Shown here piece after piece: positions 1 through 11,751 of a DNA stretch of 64,000 nucleotides. The notes under the pieces are model-generated. The model saw only the letters and a program-made list of their open reading frames with translations. It did not search any database and was not told the origin of the DNA. Location of the stretch: NCBI GenBank assembly GCA_963825865.1, contig CAWGVG010000036.1, positions 64,001 through 128,000 on the forward strand, given 5' to 3'. This DNA comes from an uncultured Nitrososphaeraceae archaeon (lineage in GTDB: Archaea > Thermoproteota > Nitrososphaeria > Nitrososphaerales > Nitrososphaeraceae). A program made the position numbers and the translations under genes. How positions within the stretch are numbered: position 1 is the first letter of the stretch; every line of letters starts with the position of its first letter.

Positions 1-609
1 ATAGCTTCCCTCAAATACTGATGTTCTATTACATTACAACAATAACTAAGGCTCATAAAGTTAGTTAGTTAAAAATTTAGCTAAAATATATATTCCAATT
101 TCATATTATAGTAATGAAATTGTTCATATATCCTCAAACAATAGCATACATCTGATTTATAGATCAAATGAAGCGTTCAGATAGATAATAATAGGTTATA
201 TAGTTAAGTCAAATACAACAAAAGGCTATCTGCAGAAATTTTTTATTTTATGCAGAAACAAAAAAAGAAAATAGGTCGTTGGCCTATTAAAAGGTCAAAC
301 GGAAATTTACTGTGACTTAATGAAATTATATGATAAAAAGGTTAATTGACTATTTTTCTTTTAGGGAATTTCGAATTGACCGTAATGGTGCGGAGAATGT
401 TGTAATGCAAGGACGTGTAACGAAATAGAGAAGAGGCTGTAGTTATTATTGCCAGTATTGTTATATCTATACCTCAGGAGATTTAATTTGTTGTTGTTTT
501 TTGTTTTTCGTTCTTGTTACTATGTCGCTATGGTGATGATGGTAACGATGATGACGCTTGCTTTGCAGTTGCATCTACAGTATATGTTACTGTGAATGCA
601 AACTATATT

Positions 610-800
610 AGACAAAAAAAGGGTGGCGATAACAGAATATGGTAGCAGAAGAATCTATCCAAAATATTGGTGGATAGAACACATCAGTCACAATATTAGT
701 GGATATAATTCCCTCCTGCGAACAAGTCACATTGTTGCCTGGATGGATACATATCAGGTTGTGTGGTTGTAGTGCAGATGATGATGAAGTTGTGCAGCTA
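610..800 (-). pseudogene. Decayed fragment of the ICTHP secreted-protein family (paralog of 9195-9737)
   Basis: Minus strand reads LQPHNLICIHPGNNVTCSQEGIIST; DNA 698-780 resembles 9561-9650; no start codon or promoter element attached. Confidence 0.6.
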
Positions 801-896
801 ATGCCTTATTCTTGTAAACAATTATAATTAATAAAAGTAGATGAATTTTCTTAATGCATATGACGAAATGTTATAGGGGATAAATTATTGTGTCTT

Positions 897-1116
897 CTAT
901 CTGTTATTTAATGGTAGGCTAACGTAAAATGTAGCTCCTTTGCCATCAGGGTTGTTTTCAGCCCACATCCTTCCACCATGAGCTTCTATAATGCTCTTTG
1001 AGATAAACAAACCCAAGCCGGTACCTGCAACTGATTTTGTAGCAAATTTTGTAAACAATCTAGGCAATATTTCAGGATCTATTCCTGTGCCTGTATCTTT
1101 AATACTGACCATTAAT
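897..1116 (-). pseudogene. C-terminal HATPase_c fragment of a sensor histidine kinase
   Basis: DTGTGI (G1), F box LFTKF, GTGLGL (G2), IIEAHGG...GATFYVSLP; HisKA and sensor parts absent. Confidence 0.8.
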
Positions 1117-1836
1117 ATCAGGATATGTCTCCCCAACATACAAAGGAACTACCTTGGCTAACATCCACATGCTACTACTTTTTATCAACCGTTTTTGATG
1201 GATACAAGTTGCTATTCTTTTTCTTGTCTTATAGTTAGATAGTTAGCGTTTGTTATCTTTTATATTTGCAGATATCCCATTACCTGATTCTTCAACAAAT
1301 AAAATCTCTGATAATGGTTTTCTTTGCCTTGGTATGAATGCTTTTTGTATTAATCTTTCTGTTATAATATGCGATGTGTATTATTCATAAACTGGTGTTC
1401 CATCTGAATTATATCTTTTAACTTTTTTATCCTTGTTACTTTAACTACTGGAGGAACTAATGGGAGATCCCTTGTTGCTAATTCTGGTAGCCTTCCTCCT
1501 AATTCCTCTTGATACAAATAATACTGCTGCCTAATGCTGCCATAGTACCAGCCATCGTTGCAAACATGAATATTTGATCGGCCATTGTTTTATCTTTGCA
1601 AGATGTCCAAATTAAACATATCGTTAATAAAGATGAGTTTTTAGCTTCAAAATGTATTAGATATAAAAGATTTTGAAATATTTTGAAATATTAGACCAAA
1701 ATCATCTTATCTTGCATCTTCAATATCAGGAAAGTTTCCACAATATACAAGGTAACGAGATGGTTCTAACTTTCTAACATCAATTCCATATAAGTGATGT
1801 ATTACAGAAGGAAAAAGTAAAAAAGGCAGTATTATA

Positions 1837-3063
1837 ATGCTGGGCAATGAATTGCAAAGACAAGGTAATGAACTAACTTCGCCACAAACAATACTTGATT
1901 TAGGATGTGGAAATGGACGCAATTCATTATATTTGGCTAAAAAATACCAATCAGCTCAGTGTGGTTCTAGTTGATTCTGATGCTAGCATGCTTGAATGGG
2001 CACAACAATTATTTAGTTTACATGGATTACCTGTTAAATCAGTTCACACAACCATAGAAGAACTTGCAAGCGATCCATTAAGATTTATTGAAAAAATAGG
2101 AATTTCTAAATTTGATACTATTATATTTTCCTATGTTATTCAACATATAGATCCAGTTTATTATCCTATTGTGCTCGATTTTTGTAAACAAATTTGTAGC
2201 GGATACATGGCAATAGGCACATTCTGGAATCCTTCTAGATTAAGAGTGGGAGAATTTACAAAAATTGGTTCCGTAAATTGGTATGGACTCCCCTATGAGG
2301 AACTTGTAACACTGTTAGCTCCAAGATTTCGAATACTAAATGACAAGGTCTTGAAAACTAGTATAGCTTTTATGATAAATATGGTGCTTAGAGAAGGACA
2401 AACCTCGCTGGAAAGGGTGTTGAAACGCAATTATGAATACTATTCAGACAGAATTAGGCACGTTCGCTCGGTAGGAACAGATAGAACAAGAGACAAGAAA
2501 GGAATAATAAGCATTGATGAATTGGAGTGCACAAAACTACTAAGTTCTCTTTACCCCGGTGAATTTGATCTTGTAAGGACAGAAATGACTCAATGGATTC
2601 AAAATTGTGACAGAGTAACACCATCACTTACTGAGCCAAATTTCTATGGTGTTGTAGAATAAACAAGATTCCAGCGATGTTCAATGAGGTCTCAAAAGAT
2701 TTTGGCATGTCAACAAAAAGACTTATGCAAACTATGTTAGAAACAGATTATGTTCCTGGTCCAACCGGAGCAGAGTTTGTTGATAGACTTTCAAAACAAC
2801 TCGGTCTACGTGATGGCATAAGAGAAACGGCAATTGATTTAATTAGTAAAAATATAGAAGGTTCAAGTCCATCCATCACGGCTTGTTGTGCCATAATAAA
2901 AGCAACAAGGAAACATGGGGTTAAGATTAAGACTTGTGACATCGCCTCAACTTTGGATGTTACTACTACAGGGATACAACTTGCATTAAAGCGAGAAAAT
3001 GACATAGATATTGGTTCTTTTGATAGAATTTATATTGTGATGGAATCTACCAAAGTATTATAA
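1837..3063 (+). CDS. Class I SAM-dependent methyltransferase apparently fused to TFB/TFIIB cyclin repeats (frameshifts near 1955 and 2633)
   Basis: Frame 1 ILDLGCGNGRNSLYLAKK (1891-1945), then VVLVDSD and FDTIIFSYVIQHI; C-terminal AKFLWCCRINKIPAMFNEVS and FVDRLSKQLGL...GSSPSITACCAII...DIASTLDVT resemble TFB repeats 1 and 2. Confidence 0.6.
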
Positions 3064-4199
3064 TCTGAGTGTTACTTTGTGTAAGTAACATACTCCTTAG
3101 AGTCGTTTCACTACTCAATGACATCCATACGTTGCGTATAAGAACAGAACGTGTATATGTAGTTGTAACGACGAAACAATAAGTTATAACTCTACCACTT
3201 TATAAATTGAATTACTATTATTTAATAGAAGTAAATTCAACAAATTTCATTTGTATAATGCAAATGATTTAAAACATCAATTATAGTTCCATCACATATG
3301 GGCAGTCATATTTTCTATAATAATCCTAAGTTCACGCTATCATTCTAATGGCCAGAAAATATGTCTTTAGGAATATCAAATTCCGTGTAACATTCTGGCA
3401 CCCATGAAAGCAACAGATTATCAGGAAGCGGTAAGTCAAACTCCATAATCTACTAAAGTTTTTGTCTATTTTATCGTGACCAATATCACCCTCATCTCCA
3501 AAGAGTGAGGCGTGGGTTTCAGATGAAAAGCTTCGATTCATTGCCCTGATAAACAACACTCATTACAAGGTCTAACTTCTTTAACATCAAAGTTAACCCC
3601 AACTTTCGCAACTCTTCCTGAGTCTAGCTATACCAAAAAGCCGGGGTCCTCAAAGGCTCCCCCTTACTCCACATTTCTAGATACTACCTTTCGAATTCTA
3701 CCTGTACTCATATCACATCTCTGCAAGCTTTCTGATGCAAATCATTTGGGTTGCAGTAGATGAAAGTAAAAGGGCATACCTTATTACAATAATAGAAACC
3801 TATAGTAGGTTCATTTAGAAATCCCGTATCAACATCGTGTTCGGACTGATAAATATTGTTCAAACCGGTTATAGAGTTTAATGGAGCTTTCATCTATGAT
3901 TAGAAAATGCTGCCTGCTCTTTCAATGTTACTTCCTTCCAATTGTGTTACTTTGCATATTATAAAATTCAGACAAAACGGCGTTCATAATGAATGCAGAT
4001 AGATATAGATATGTTTCACAGCTAGAAACTGCCTAAGAAAGACAAAGGACTGAAACGACTGAGTGAGTAGTTCTAAAAATATACATTTGTAGAAACCAAC
4101 AAGTTTAAACTGATGCTCCATATAAAAGTGGACCTGCATTTTTTACTAGATTACTTGTGATTTTTTGCGAATCTAGAGTAAGCCATAATTAACCTTTTA

Positions 4200-4835
4200 A
4201 TGCATTGTAATATAATGAATCTAAATTATCCATCGGTTGTGATAGCTATTGTCATAGGACTATCAGTGATATTTCCAAATTATGCACTAGCACAGACAAA
4301 AGAAGAAGAAGACGAAAGTCCAAATCCACCACAATTAATAGCAGATGCACAGCGTGATGGAGTTCCACCTGCACCACCTGCTGTTCCTGAATCAATTAAT
4401 CTAACAAAATGTCATGAAACTCCTGAAGGATTGATACATAATATTGCAAATGATTTGCTACCACGATTCAAAGTTGTACAGGACTGTGTTACAGTTACAG
4501 GTAAAGTAACTTTGGTTCATACACCTTCAGATGGAGATACAGTTTTTGCACTCAAGCTCGATAAACCATTTTCAAGCATGGTTACCCCAGTCAATATCAA
4601 ATCGCCTAAAATGCACGGTGGTATTTGGGTAGAAATGATATGTCAAAGACCAAATACAAGCAATGATCCTATACATAAAGGAGATTGTTCAAAACCTGAT
4701 GAAATAAAGGAGTTTCATTGGCTCACACCAAAAGTAGGAGATCATTTGTCAGTTACAGGCAGATATCAACAGGATATTAGAGAAGGAGGTCATATGGAAA
4801 TTCACCCGACTTCAGATGTGACTATTATAAAATGA
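4200..4835 (+). CDS. Secreted protein, possible OB-fold
   Basis: Signal peptide ending ALA-Q; DGD, E-x-IC, VGDHLSVTG and EIHP motifs. Confidence 0.65.
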   Translation: MHCNIMNLNYPSVVIAIVIGLSVIFPNYALAQTKEEEDESPNPPQLIADAQRDGVPPAPPAVPESINLTKCHETPEGLIHNIANDLLPRFKVVQDCVTVTGKVTLVHTPSDGDTVFALKLDKPFSSMVTPVNIKSPKMHGGIWVEMICQRPNTSNDPIHKGDCSKPDEIKEFHWLTPKVGDHLSVTGRYQQDIREGGHMEIHPTSDVTIIK

Positions 4836-5291
4836 GTATACAATATAAGCATACCAGCTTGTATGCACTGCTTGGATTTTGTTGACTTTTCAGGTGTTTA
4901 AAGACTTGAAATATTTTTACTGATCCATAACTATATAGTTACAAGCTAAACCAAAAGCATCTAGAGCTTAACTTTCACATATAACTGAATGTTCTCTACA
5001 CTTCATCAAACAAAGCAATTTTTGTTATTTTTGCTTATCAGAGTTGAGATACTTACAAAAGTGGATAGACATCCCTAAAGATTCTTATAGAGTTATGATC
5101 GCTAGTTGATAAAAAAAGCTAGATATTCTATGGCAATATTTTCAGTGGTTGTAATATCTTTTGGATTTAAGTGCCATTGCTACCGTTAATCCTACAGCTA
5201 ATGTTGCAATCATTAGGACAGCAACTATTGGTCTTAGACTTGTCATATAAGATGATGCTGAAGGAGGCTCGGCGGCAATGGCAGCTTTTTT

Positions 5292-5729
5292 TTACCTATC
5301 AATATTTCTTAATTTGGATATGTGAGGAATTCGTGGTACCAATACAGCAAACGCTATTGCAACTATGGCCATAAAATAAAAGTTAAATCCTATTGCCATG
5401 CCTATTGAAGCTGCAAACCATATAGCTGCTGCAGTTGTCAAGTTAGTTATTCTTTCATCTGCTTCACTTTTCAAAATAATACCTGCACCAAGAAACCCAA
5501 TTCCGGATACAAGCTGAGCGGCTATTCTTGATGACGAATTCGGATCAACATGAGCCGATAGATATGTAAAGATCATGGAACCTCCAATCACAAAACAATG
5601 GGTGCTTATACCAGCAGGTTTACCTCTGGATTCTCTCTCAGCGCCTATTAGAAACCCAGCAAGTAGCGAAAGTCCAATATTGATTAAGAAATCAAGTTCA
5701 TATCCTCTCAATAAGTCCGCTGGTAACAA
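5292..5729 (-). CDS. mgtC: MgtC/SapB family membrane protein
   Basis: IGAERE...KPAGISTH, SRIAAQLVSGIGFLGAGII, LTTAAAIW motifs. Confidence 0.9.
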   Translation of the reverse strand: MLPADLLRGYELDFLINIGLSLLAGFLIGAERESRGKPAGISTHCFVIGGSMIFTYLSAHVDPNSSSRIAAQLVSGIGFLGAGIILKSEADERITNLTTAAAIWFAASIGMAIGFNFYFMAIVAIAFAVLVPRIPHISKLRNIDR

Positions 5730-5823
5730 TGATGTATGACAAAATAAAAGTCATTGTTATAACAATTTTTTGTTTTCTCGTGTGATGTAAACCCATCTAA
5801 ACTGAAGGAACAGGGAGTAATAA

Positions 5824-6060
5824 TCTGAAAATATCCTAACTAAAGAAATAGAGTCATGTAAAGGTTTTGTAGATAGTTTGAATTCGAAAGAGCACAAGGA
5901 AATATTCAATAAAATGCTAAATGATTGCTACAAATATTCTACAGCTATTAATACTAAAATACAGCCATTTCCTTCAGAACCATTAATCATGGCCTTACTA
6001 TTGTCGCAGCATAAAATGATTGATTGGTTAACTGATCAAATCAAGCTGCGTCAAAAATGA
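5824..6060 (+). pseudogene. Small conserved hypothetical protein, paralog of 17429-17641
   Basis: ILTKEIES..GFVDSLNSKEHKEIFNKMLNDCYKY...FPSEPLIM aligns with ILTVEIESWKRFANSLNSEKEKELFKRMLNDY...FSSEPLV; an in-frame stop precedes it. Confidence 0.55.
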
Positions 6061-6099
6061 GGGATTTTTGCTACGAGTCAGGAACAAAACCAAACCAGA

Positions 6100-6909
6100 G
6101 ATAATAGAAATAATATCGAACCTGAGGTTCTAAAACAAGGTGATATCTATTTCTTTTACAGGCCCAAGAAGATGCGGATGAGGTAAAAGGTATTGGGGAT
6201 ATTAGACGCTTTTTTATGGTTACTGCCCCTGAAAAATCAGAAAATACTAAGAGAATGGTGACAAAAATCAGTTTTATAGGTTATTTGTCATTGGCAAAAA
6301 ATCACTACCAGAGATTAGAAAGAGTGAAGCCAGAGCATCTGAGCGGTATTGGGCGAGGGTAGGCGGGATTTTCAATGATCCTAATGAGCTTACAAAAGAT
6401 CTCTTGTCAGATGAGTTTAGTAAAGGTGACGTAGCTAGACCTGTAGGGGAGGGAAAATATGCTATAGTGAGATATCGTAACCATGCAGAATTAGCATATA
6501 TTTTGGAAATGCCAAAAGAACCTGGTGAAGCTCAAAAAGAACTAGGTATCGCAAAGGAAGCAAGCAATGTGATTTCAGTTATTAATCCTAAAAAAAGGCC
6601 AGCCCCAACAGGTTATCCAAGCACTGAAGAACAACCAAAATATCCACCGGAGGTGTTAAACGAATTTAATGAGACTGAGAATTTCGCATCTCTTGCTAAG
6701 GATACAAAATTTATAGACTACCAGAATGCACAGATAATACAATTGGTGCAAGGGAAGGAAGGGATGTAATAAAGAATGAGATTGGCATAGAAATAGGGGA
6801 AATAGATCAATCGCAGCAGGACTCTTCACAAGCAGACACATTTAATAAACTCAAGATAAGAAAGGACCAGGTCCCTATAAGACCACTTACTGAAGGAAAA
6901 TTAGAATGA
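6100..6909 (+). CDS. Conserved hypothetical protein (several frameshifts)
   Basis: Pieces QGDIYFFYRPK, DIRRFFMVTAP, YRLFVIGKKSLPEI, ARPVGEGKYAIV..HAELAYILEMP, QVPIRPLTEGKLE* are colinear across frames. Confidence 0.6.
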
Positions 6910-7179
6910 TGTATATATGTTACTAATAATGCTAACATAACAGTATTGTTGTGAATTGCAACACTTTCACTATTGTCGGTGATCGATTTTTGCAGATTCT
7001 TTGGCTTTATGAGGGCTAATCAGGTAGACCCAATATGTACTTGCAAGATCCTAAAGATGTCCTATAAGAATTGTTATATTTTTTATTACTGTGATTTTCA
7101 AAATGATATCAAAAAGAAAGAAAAAGTTGGATATATGCGTTGAGCATATATTATATTTTTCCACAACTCTTCAGCAATA

Positions 7180-8040
7180 TCATCCTTCTATTGGTGGTGC
7201 AAACTTTATTCCAATCTCTACTAGCCGTGATTTTAGGGAAAGACCAGTATACACATCAATGGATTGTGCTCCACTTAGGATTCTATTCATTAGTTGCTCT
7301 GTCATTGTGCCGGTTGTAAGTATTTTGCATAGGTCTACAACTGTCAATTTTTGAGGTGGTGATGGGAACACGCTTAGGGCAGCCGCTTCAAAATCGTCGA
7401 TCTGTTTTTGTGAAAGTACACTTGTGAAAGTTTGTTGGCAAGATTGGAGAGTACTAACAGGTGCAAACTTTATTCCATTCCCTACTAGCCGTGATTTTAG
7501 GGAAAGACCAGTTTGCACATCAATGGATTGTGCTCCACTTAGGATTCTATTCATTAGTTGCTCTGTCATTGTGCCGGTTGTAAGTATTTTGCATAGGTCT
7601 ACAACTGTCAATTTTTGAGGTGGTGATGGGAACACGCTTAGGGCAGCCGCTTCAAAATCGTCGATCTGTTTTTGTGAAAGTACACTTGTGAAAGTTTGTT
7701 GGCAAGATTGGAGAGTGCTGCCGCCATTACCGCCGCCGCCATTACCGCCCCCTCCTCCTTTACCATGATCGCCTCCTCCTCCTCCTTTACCATGATCGCC
7801 ACCACCGCCATTACCGCCGCCCGGATGAACGCCACCTACCGCCACCGCCGCCCGGATGATCGCCACCGCCGCCCGGATGAACGCCGCCACCATTACCACC
7901 CTTACCATCGTTTTGTGCTCCTATGTTTGGTAAAGGAAATACTGATTGTGCTGATGCTGCTGCTAATGTTCCTCCTACTACTAATGTTGCTGCCATTAAG
8001 ATAGGCAGCTATTTCTGTTAATAGTACTTGTGTTGTTCAT
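7180..8040 (-). CDS. MNNT-family secreted protein with Gly/His-rich linker and two tandem helical domains (frameshifted)
   Basis: ATG AAC AAC ACA at 8040; signal MAATLVVGGTLAA; GGGGDH repeats; 88-aa domain present twice; cassette promoter upstream. Confidence 0.7.
7196..7717. repeat. Near-perfect 264-bp tandem duplication
   Basis: GTGCAAACTTTATTCCA at 7197 and 7461; translated copies differ only in a few residues near the C-terminal end. Confidence 0.95.
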
Positions 8041-8490
8041 AAGTTTTGTCACAAAGCATTACAATGATTATATATATTTGACTTGAGTCAGTCGATGCTG
8101 ATTTGTTTTATATTAATATCGAGAATATCAAATGAGGTGGAGTTATTCATTTATCTATTGTTGGTATATTATCGCAATCTGTTATTACTATATAATAGAT
8201 TATAAAGAATGTAATTGGAGAAAATATTATTTTATCTAAACATACAAATCAAACTGACAATTGTACCTTTTGGTTTAATAAATGGAATCTCGTTTTTTGT
8301 GATTTTATGAGTAATCATTGCAGTTAAAAGGATTTTATACAGTTAAGGACATCTGCCAAGAATGCATTCATACAAATGTAATTATAGATGCAATAAACTA
8401 ATTACACAATATAATACTATAATAATTTAATACAATCTGCTATCAAAAACCTTTTAGCTGTAGGTGTAGTACATTGTACTAGTCTGACGA
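8041..8490 (-). promoter_or_regulatory. Cassette upstream element, copy A (long form shared with copy D)
   Basis: tatatatttgacttgag; gagaatatcaaatgaggtggagttattcatttatctattg; distal part matches the reverse complement of 19150-19560. Confidence 0.8.
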
Positions 8491-8513
8491 GTAGTACTAT
8501 TGTTGCTACTACA

Positions 8514-8708
8514 ATGGATATGACTATAAAATTAGGAATCACTTTACCTAAATCAATAATACAGAAAATCGACAATAAGCGTGGCGATACTCCCAGGAGC
8601 AGGTATATTCGACGAGCAATTGAAAGTTGCCTTGGTGGTAATAATAAAGACATAGACAGTATTGACAACAAAGCGACAACATCCGTCAAAAAAAGTAGGA
8701 GGAAATAA
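8514..8708 (+). CDS. Ribbon-helix-helix (CopG-like) DNA-binding protein
   Basis: TIKLGITLPKSIIQKIDNKRGDTPRSRYIRRAIE; paralog at 40579-40782. Confidence 0.75.
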   Translation: MDMTIKLGITLPKSIIQKIDNKRGDTPRSRYIRRAIESCLGGNNKDIDSIDNKATTSVKKSRRK

Positions 8709-8712
8709 GAAA

Positions 8713-9129
8713 ATGAGCGGAATTGAAAGTAATATTATGCCATTTGTAGGTACTATTGGTTTTGGTGGTATAGCAGGTTTCTTGATTGGTTTCGCTTTAA
8801 AACGGATAATGAAAATACTAGCTGTAATAGCAGGAGTGTTTTTGCTGCTCTTATTGTATTTGGAATCTCAAGGAATAATGAACATACACTGGGATAAGCT
8901 GCAAGCAATATCAAATAGTATTCTATCAACAATTACCACAACGGCAACAACAAATGCAACGTCAACAAGTGGAGGAGGAGTAGGGTCAATTCAAGCTATT
9001 TTAGGCAATAACTCAACTGCAGCTGCTGCTACTCATATCTTACCTATAACGTCCACAATGGCAAACCTGGGTATTCCTTTGACTGGTAGTACGGCAATGG
9101 GATTTACAATTGGCCTATTAAAAGGTTAA
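8713..9129 (+). CDS. FUN14 family membrane protein
   Basis: GFGGIAGFLIGFALKRIMK...YLESQGIMNIHWDKL...GSTAMGFTIGLLKG. Confidence 0.8.
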   Translation: MSGIESNIMPFVGTIGFGGIAGFLIGFALKRIMKILAVIAGVFLLLLLYLESQGIMNIHWDKLQAISNSILSTITTTATTNATSTSGGGVGSIQAILGNNSTAAAATHILPITSTMANLGIPLTGSTAMGFTIGLLKG

Positions 9130-9194
9130 AGGGAAACTTACTGTGACTTCAAAATGAATTTATATAATAAATAAATTCAATCGAGTGCTTTTTT

Positions 9195-9737
9195 TTAAGG
9201 AAATGGTATTGGTAGAACGAAAGGTATTGTATCTTTTGCAGGATGATGAGTCTCTTTATTATGTATGCAGATAATAATATCACCACTACTACATTTGTTG
9301 TGATCAGCAACAGCAGCATTAGCAGTAGTAGTAGCATTTGCTTGTTGCAATAATACTACTGGAAATGTACCTGGCTTTAATGTAACAGTATTACCTGGAG
9401 ATTGTGCACCTGGAAATGAGCTTTGAGGCGATACATTATTGCCGCTTGCACTACTCGTAAAATCTTTTGCAAAAATAGTTCCAACAATGTCATTTATTAC
9501 ATCTTTTATAATTGTCAATGTAGTTGAGGGTTGTGGTGTTGGCAGTGGTATTTGAGTAGTAGTGGATATAATTTTCTCTTGTGAACAAGTTGTATTGTTG
9601 CCTGGATGAGGTACATATCAGGTTGTGTGGTTGTGGTGTAAATGATGTTGCTGCTCTGCTGATAATGATCCTGTTGTAAAGATAAGAACAACTACTATCA
9701 CTAATGCTAGATCTCTTATAGTAGTCGTGTTGTTCAT
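9195..9737 (-). CDS. MNNT/ICTHP-family protein with C-terminal beta-rich domain (frameshifted)
   Basis: ATG AAC AAC ACG at 9737; removing one base near 9611 gives PHNLICTHPGNNTTCSQEK, in frame with ORF 9195-9518. Confidence 0.6.
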
Positions 9738-9980
9738 GTATCCTCAAACAATATATCTATATATTTGGCTTGGGTAAGTAAGTGCTATTTGTTATTGCTG
9801 ACTTATTTAGCATATTTATTTAGAATATCAAATCAATTGAAATTATTCATTTAACTAATAATACTGTAATATGGCAATGTGTTATTACTAAATAACAAAG
9901 AGTAAAGAATATGATTTGAGAAATTAATATTTTATATGAATGTGCGATTCTATCTAGTAATTCTACCTTTTAATTTGATA
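9738..9980 (-). promoter_or_regulatory. Cassette upstream element, copy B (divergent)
   Basis: tatatatttggcttgggtaagtaagtgctatttgttattgctgactt...agaatatcaaatcaattgaaattattcatt. Confidence 0.75.
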
Positions 9981-10147
9981 GACGTGGTTATCATCATCAT
10001 CATTATTATTATTATCTACTTTAAGATAAAAACAATTCCAGTAATAGGAATCTGTAACTCTTCAATCGGTTCTGTTCATATTATTATGCATCGATCCAAA
10101 TTCAGTGGTTTATGAAAGAAAAAAAAGGTTTGGTAGTAAAAGAACTA

Positions 10148-10678
10148 TCACCATATACTGAATTTGTCGCCGTTGTGGGGATCTTTGTCGCCGCCGTTAT
10201 CGCCGCTGTCTCTGCCGCTGCTGCTGTCTCTGCCGCTACCGCCGTTGTCGTTACTGACAACAGAAGCTTCACTTCCGTCTTGTGAACAAGTTGCACTTGG
10301 ATGAGTACAGATAACATTTGAAGCCTCTTGTTCTAGTGTGTTATGTGACCCACGGACTTGCCCATTTTGTGTGGTTGCCTGGATGGTTTCTGTGTTACCG
10401 TTCCCGTAAATTCCTTTAGATTGTCTTACTTTCTTGTAGCTATTTTCGCCTCCTTTCATGTAGGTATCTTGTCTTTGTTTCTTGTAACCATCTTGTTTAT
10501 CTTTCTTGTAGCTATCGTCTCCTCTTTTCTTGTAGCTATCGTCTCCTCTTTTCTTATAGGAATCTTGCTTCCACGCAAATGCTGAATGGCCTGTTGTCAT
10601 TGCTGCGGATGTTCCGCCTACTACTAATGTTGCTGCTGTTAAGACAGCAACTATTGCTAGAATTCGTGTATTGTTCAT
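10148..10678 (-). CDS. MNNT/ICTHP-family secreted protein with D-S/G/T-Y-K-K repeats
   Basis: Signal peptide ending SAFA; 24-nt repeat encoding DSYKKRGD; GNTETIQ...GSHNTLEQEASNVICTHPSATC. Confidence 0.85.
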   Translation of the reverse strand: MNNTRILAIVAVLTAATLVVGGTSAAMTTGHSAFAWKQDSYKKRGDDSYKKRGDDSYKKDKQDGYKKQRQDTYMKGGENSYKKVRQSKGIYGNGNTETIQATTQNGQVRGSHNTLEQEASNVICTHPSATCSQDGSEASVVSNDNGGSGRDSSSGRDSGDNGGDKDPHNGDKFSIW

Positions 10679-10935
10679 ATGTATTTTCGTCACCAAGCAT
10701 TACGATCGTTCTATATATTTGACTTGAGTAAGTAAGTGCTATTTGTTATTGCTGACTTTATTACTATAATTATTGGGAATATCAAATGAGATGTAGTTAC
10801 ACATTAAATTATTATCAGTATTTTATGGGAATCACTTACTACCATACGATAGAGTGCAAAGAAAATGATTTGAGAAAATATTATTTCATTTGAACGTGCT
10901 ATTCAAACTGTGAATTGTACCCATTAATTTGGCAG
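10679..10935 (-). promoter_or_regulatory. Cassette upstream element, copy C
   Basis: tttcgtcaccaagcattacgat...ctatatatttgacttgagtaagtaagtgctatttgttattgctgact...gaatatcaaatgag. Confidence 0.85.
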
Positions 10936-11751
10936 ATGTACTGTTCTATACGCGCACAGAGGCAAGGTTAGCGTTATTCCTTAGTGAGTGTGCTGCATAT
11001 GCTGAGGAGGAGGATGATGGTATAATGAAAGACAACACACGAATATTAGACTGCATTATCTAGCTGAGATGGATAAAGCCTGTAATTGTGATGATGTATA
11101 TAACTAATCATTGTTAACATAACAGTACCTGTAAGACTTGCAACATCTTTAATGTCTGTGTGGGCGATGTGATGCATTCCTTAATTATTGTCGTGACTTT
11201 CAAATTATAACATGAGCCAAACCCGTGATTATTATTAATTAAGAGTTATTGATAACATTGATTGAATAACATTTACTGCACATAGAACACTATAGTTATA
11301 ATCATAGTCTTTAAAGATATAATATTGAAATTATCATATTGGAAAAAGAGGGGAAGAGTTCCTGTGTTGTCCATATAGATTTCGATTATTCTCTCCCCCT
11401 CTCTAATCTCTTTAATCTCTGCTGAACAGCCTTTTAGTTAAATCCTTAAATTTTTATATGAAATAACAGCAAAGAAATCTGACAAACCATTTGAAAACAA
11501 AGGTGGCTACAGGATATTTGGGATGGCTTTTGTAAGGTTCTGTTGTTGTTGCTGTCATAAAAAACATGTTATTAATTATAAAATTACAACATTTGTCTCG
11601 ATCATTACGATGGATTCAATTAAAGACATAAGGGCCATTCTTACTTCATTCTCTAAAGCCCTCGCATTCGCACTTATTTATTTAGAGAGAACAATCTAGT
11701 GGCATAACAGGTTCAGAAAGCTATTGTGAGAAATGAAATTTATTCAGGATA

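Noticed and set aside
3300-3900. Short ORFs 3332-3559 and 3708-3893, and comparable 60-95 aa track ORFs in intergenic DNA
   Set aside because: No recognisable motifs or start context; consistent with chance ORFs or unidentifiable decay
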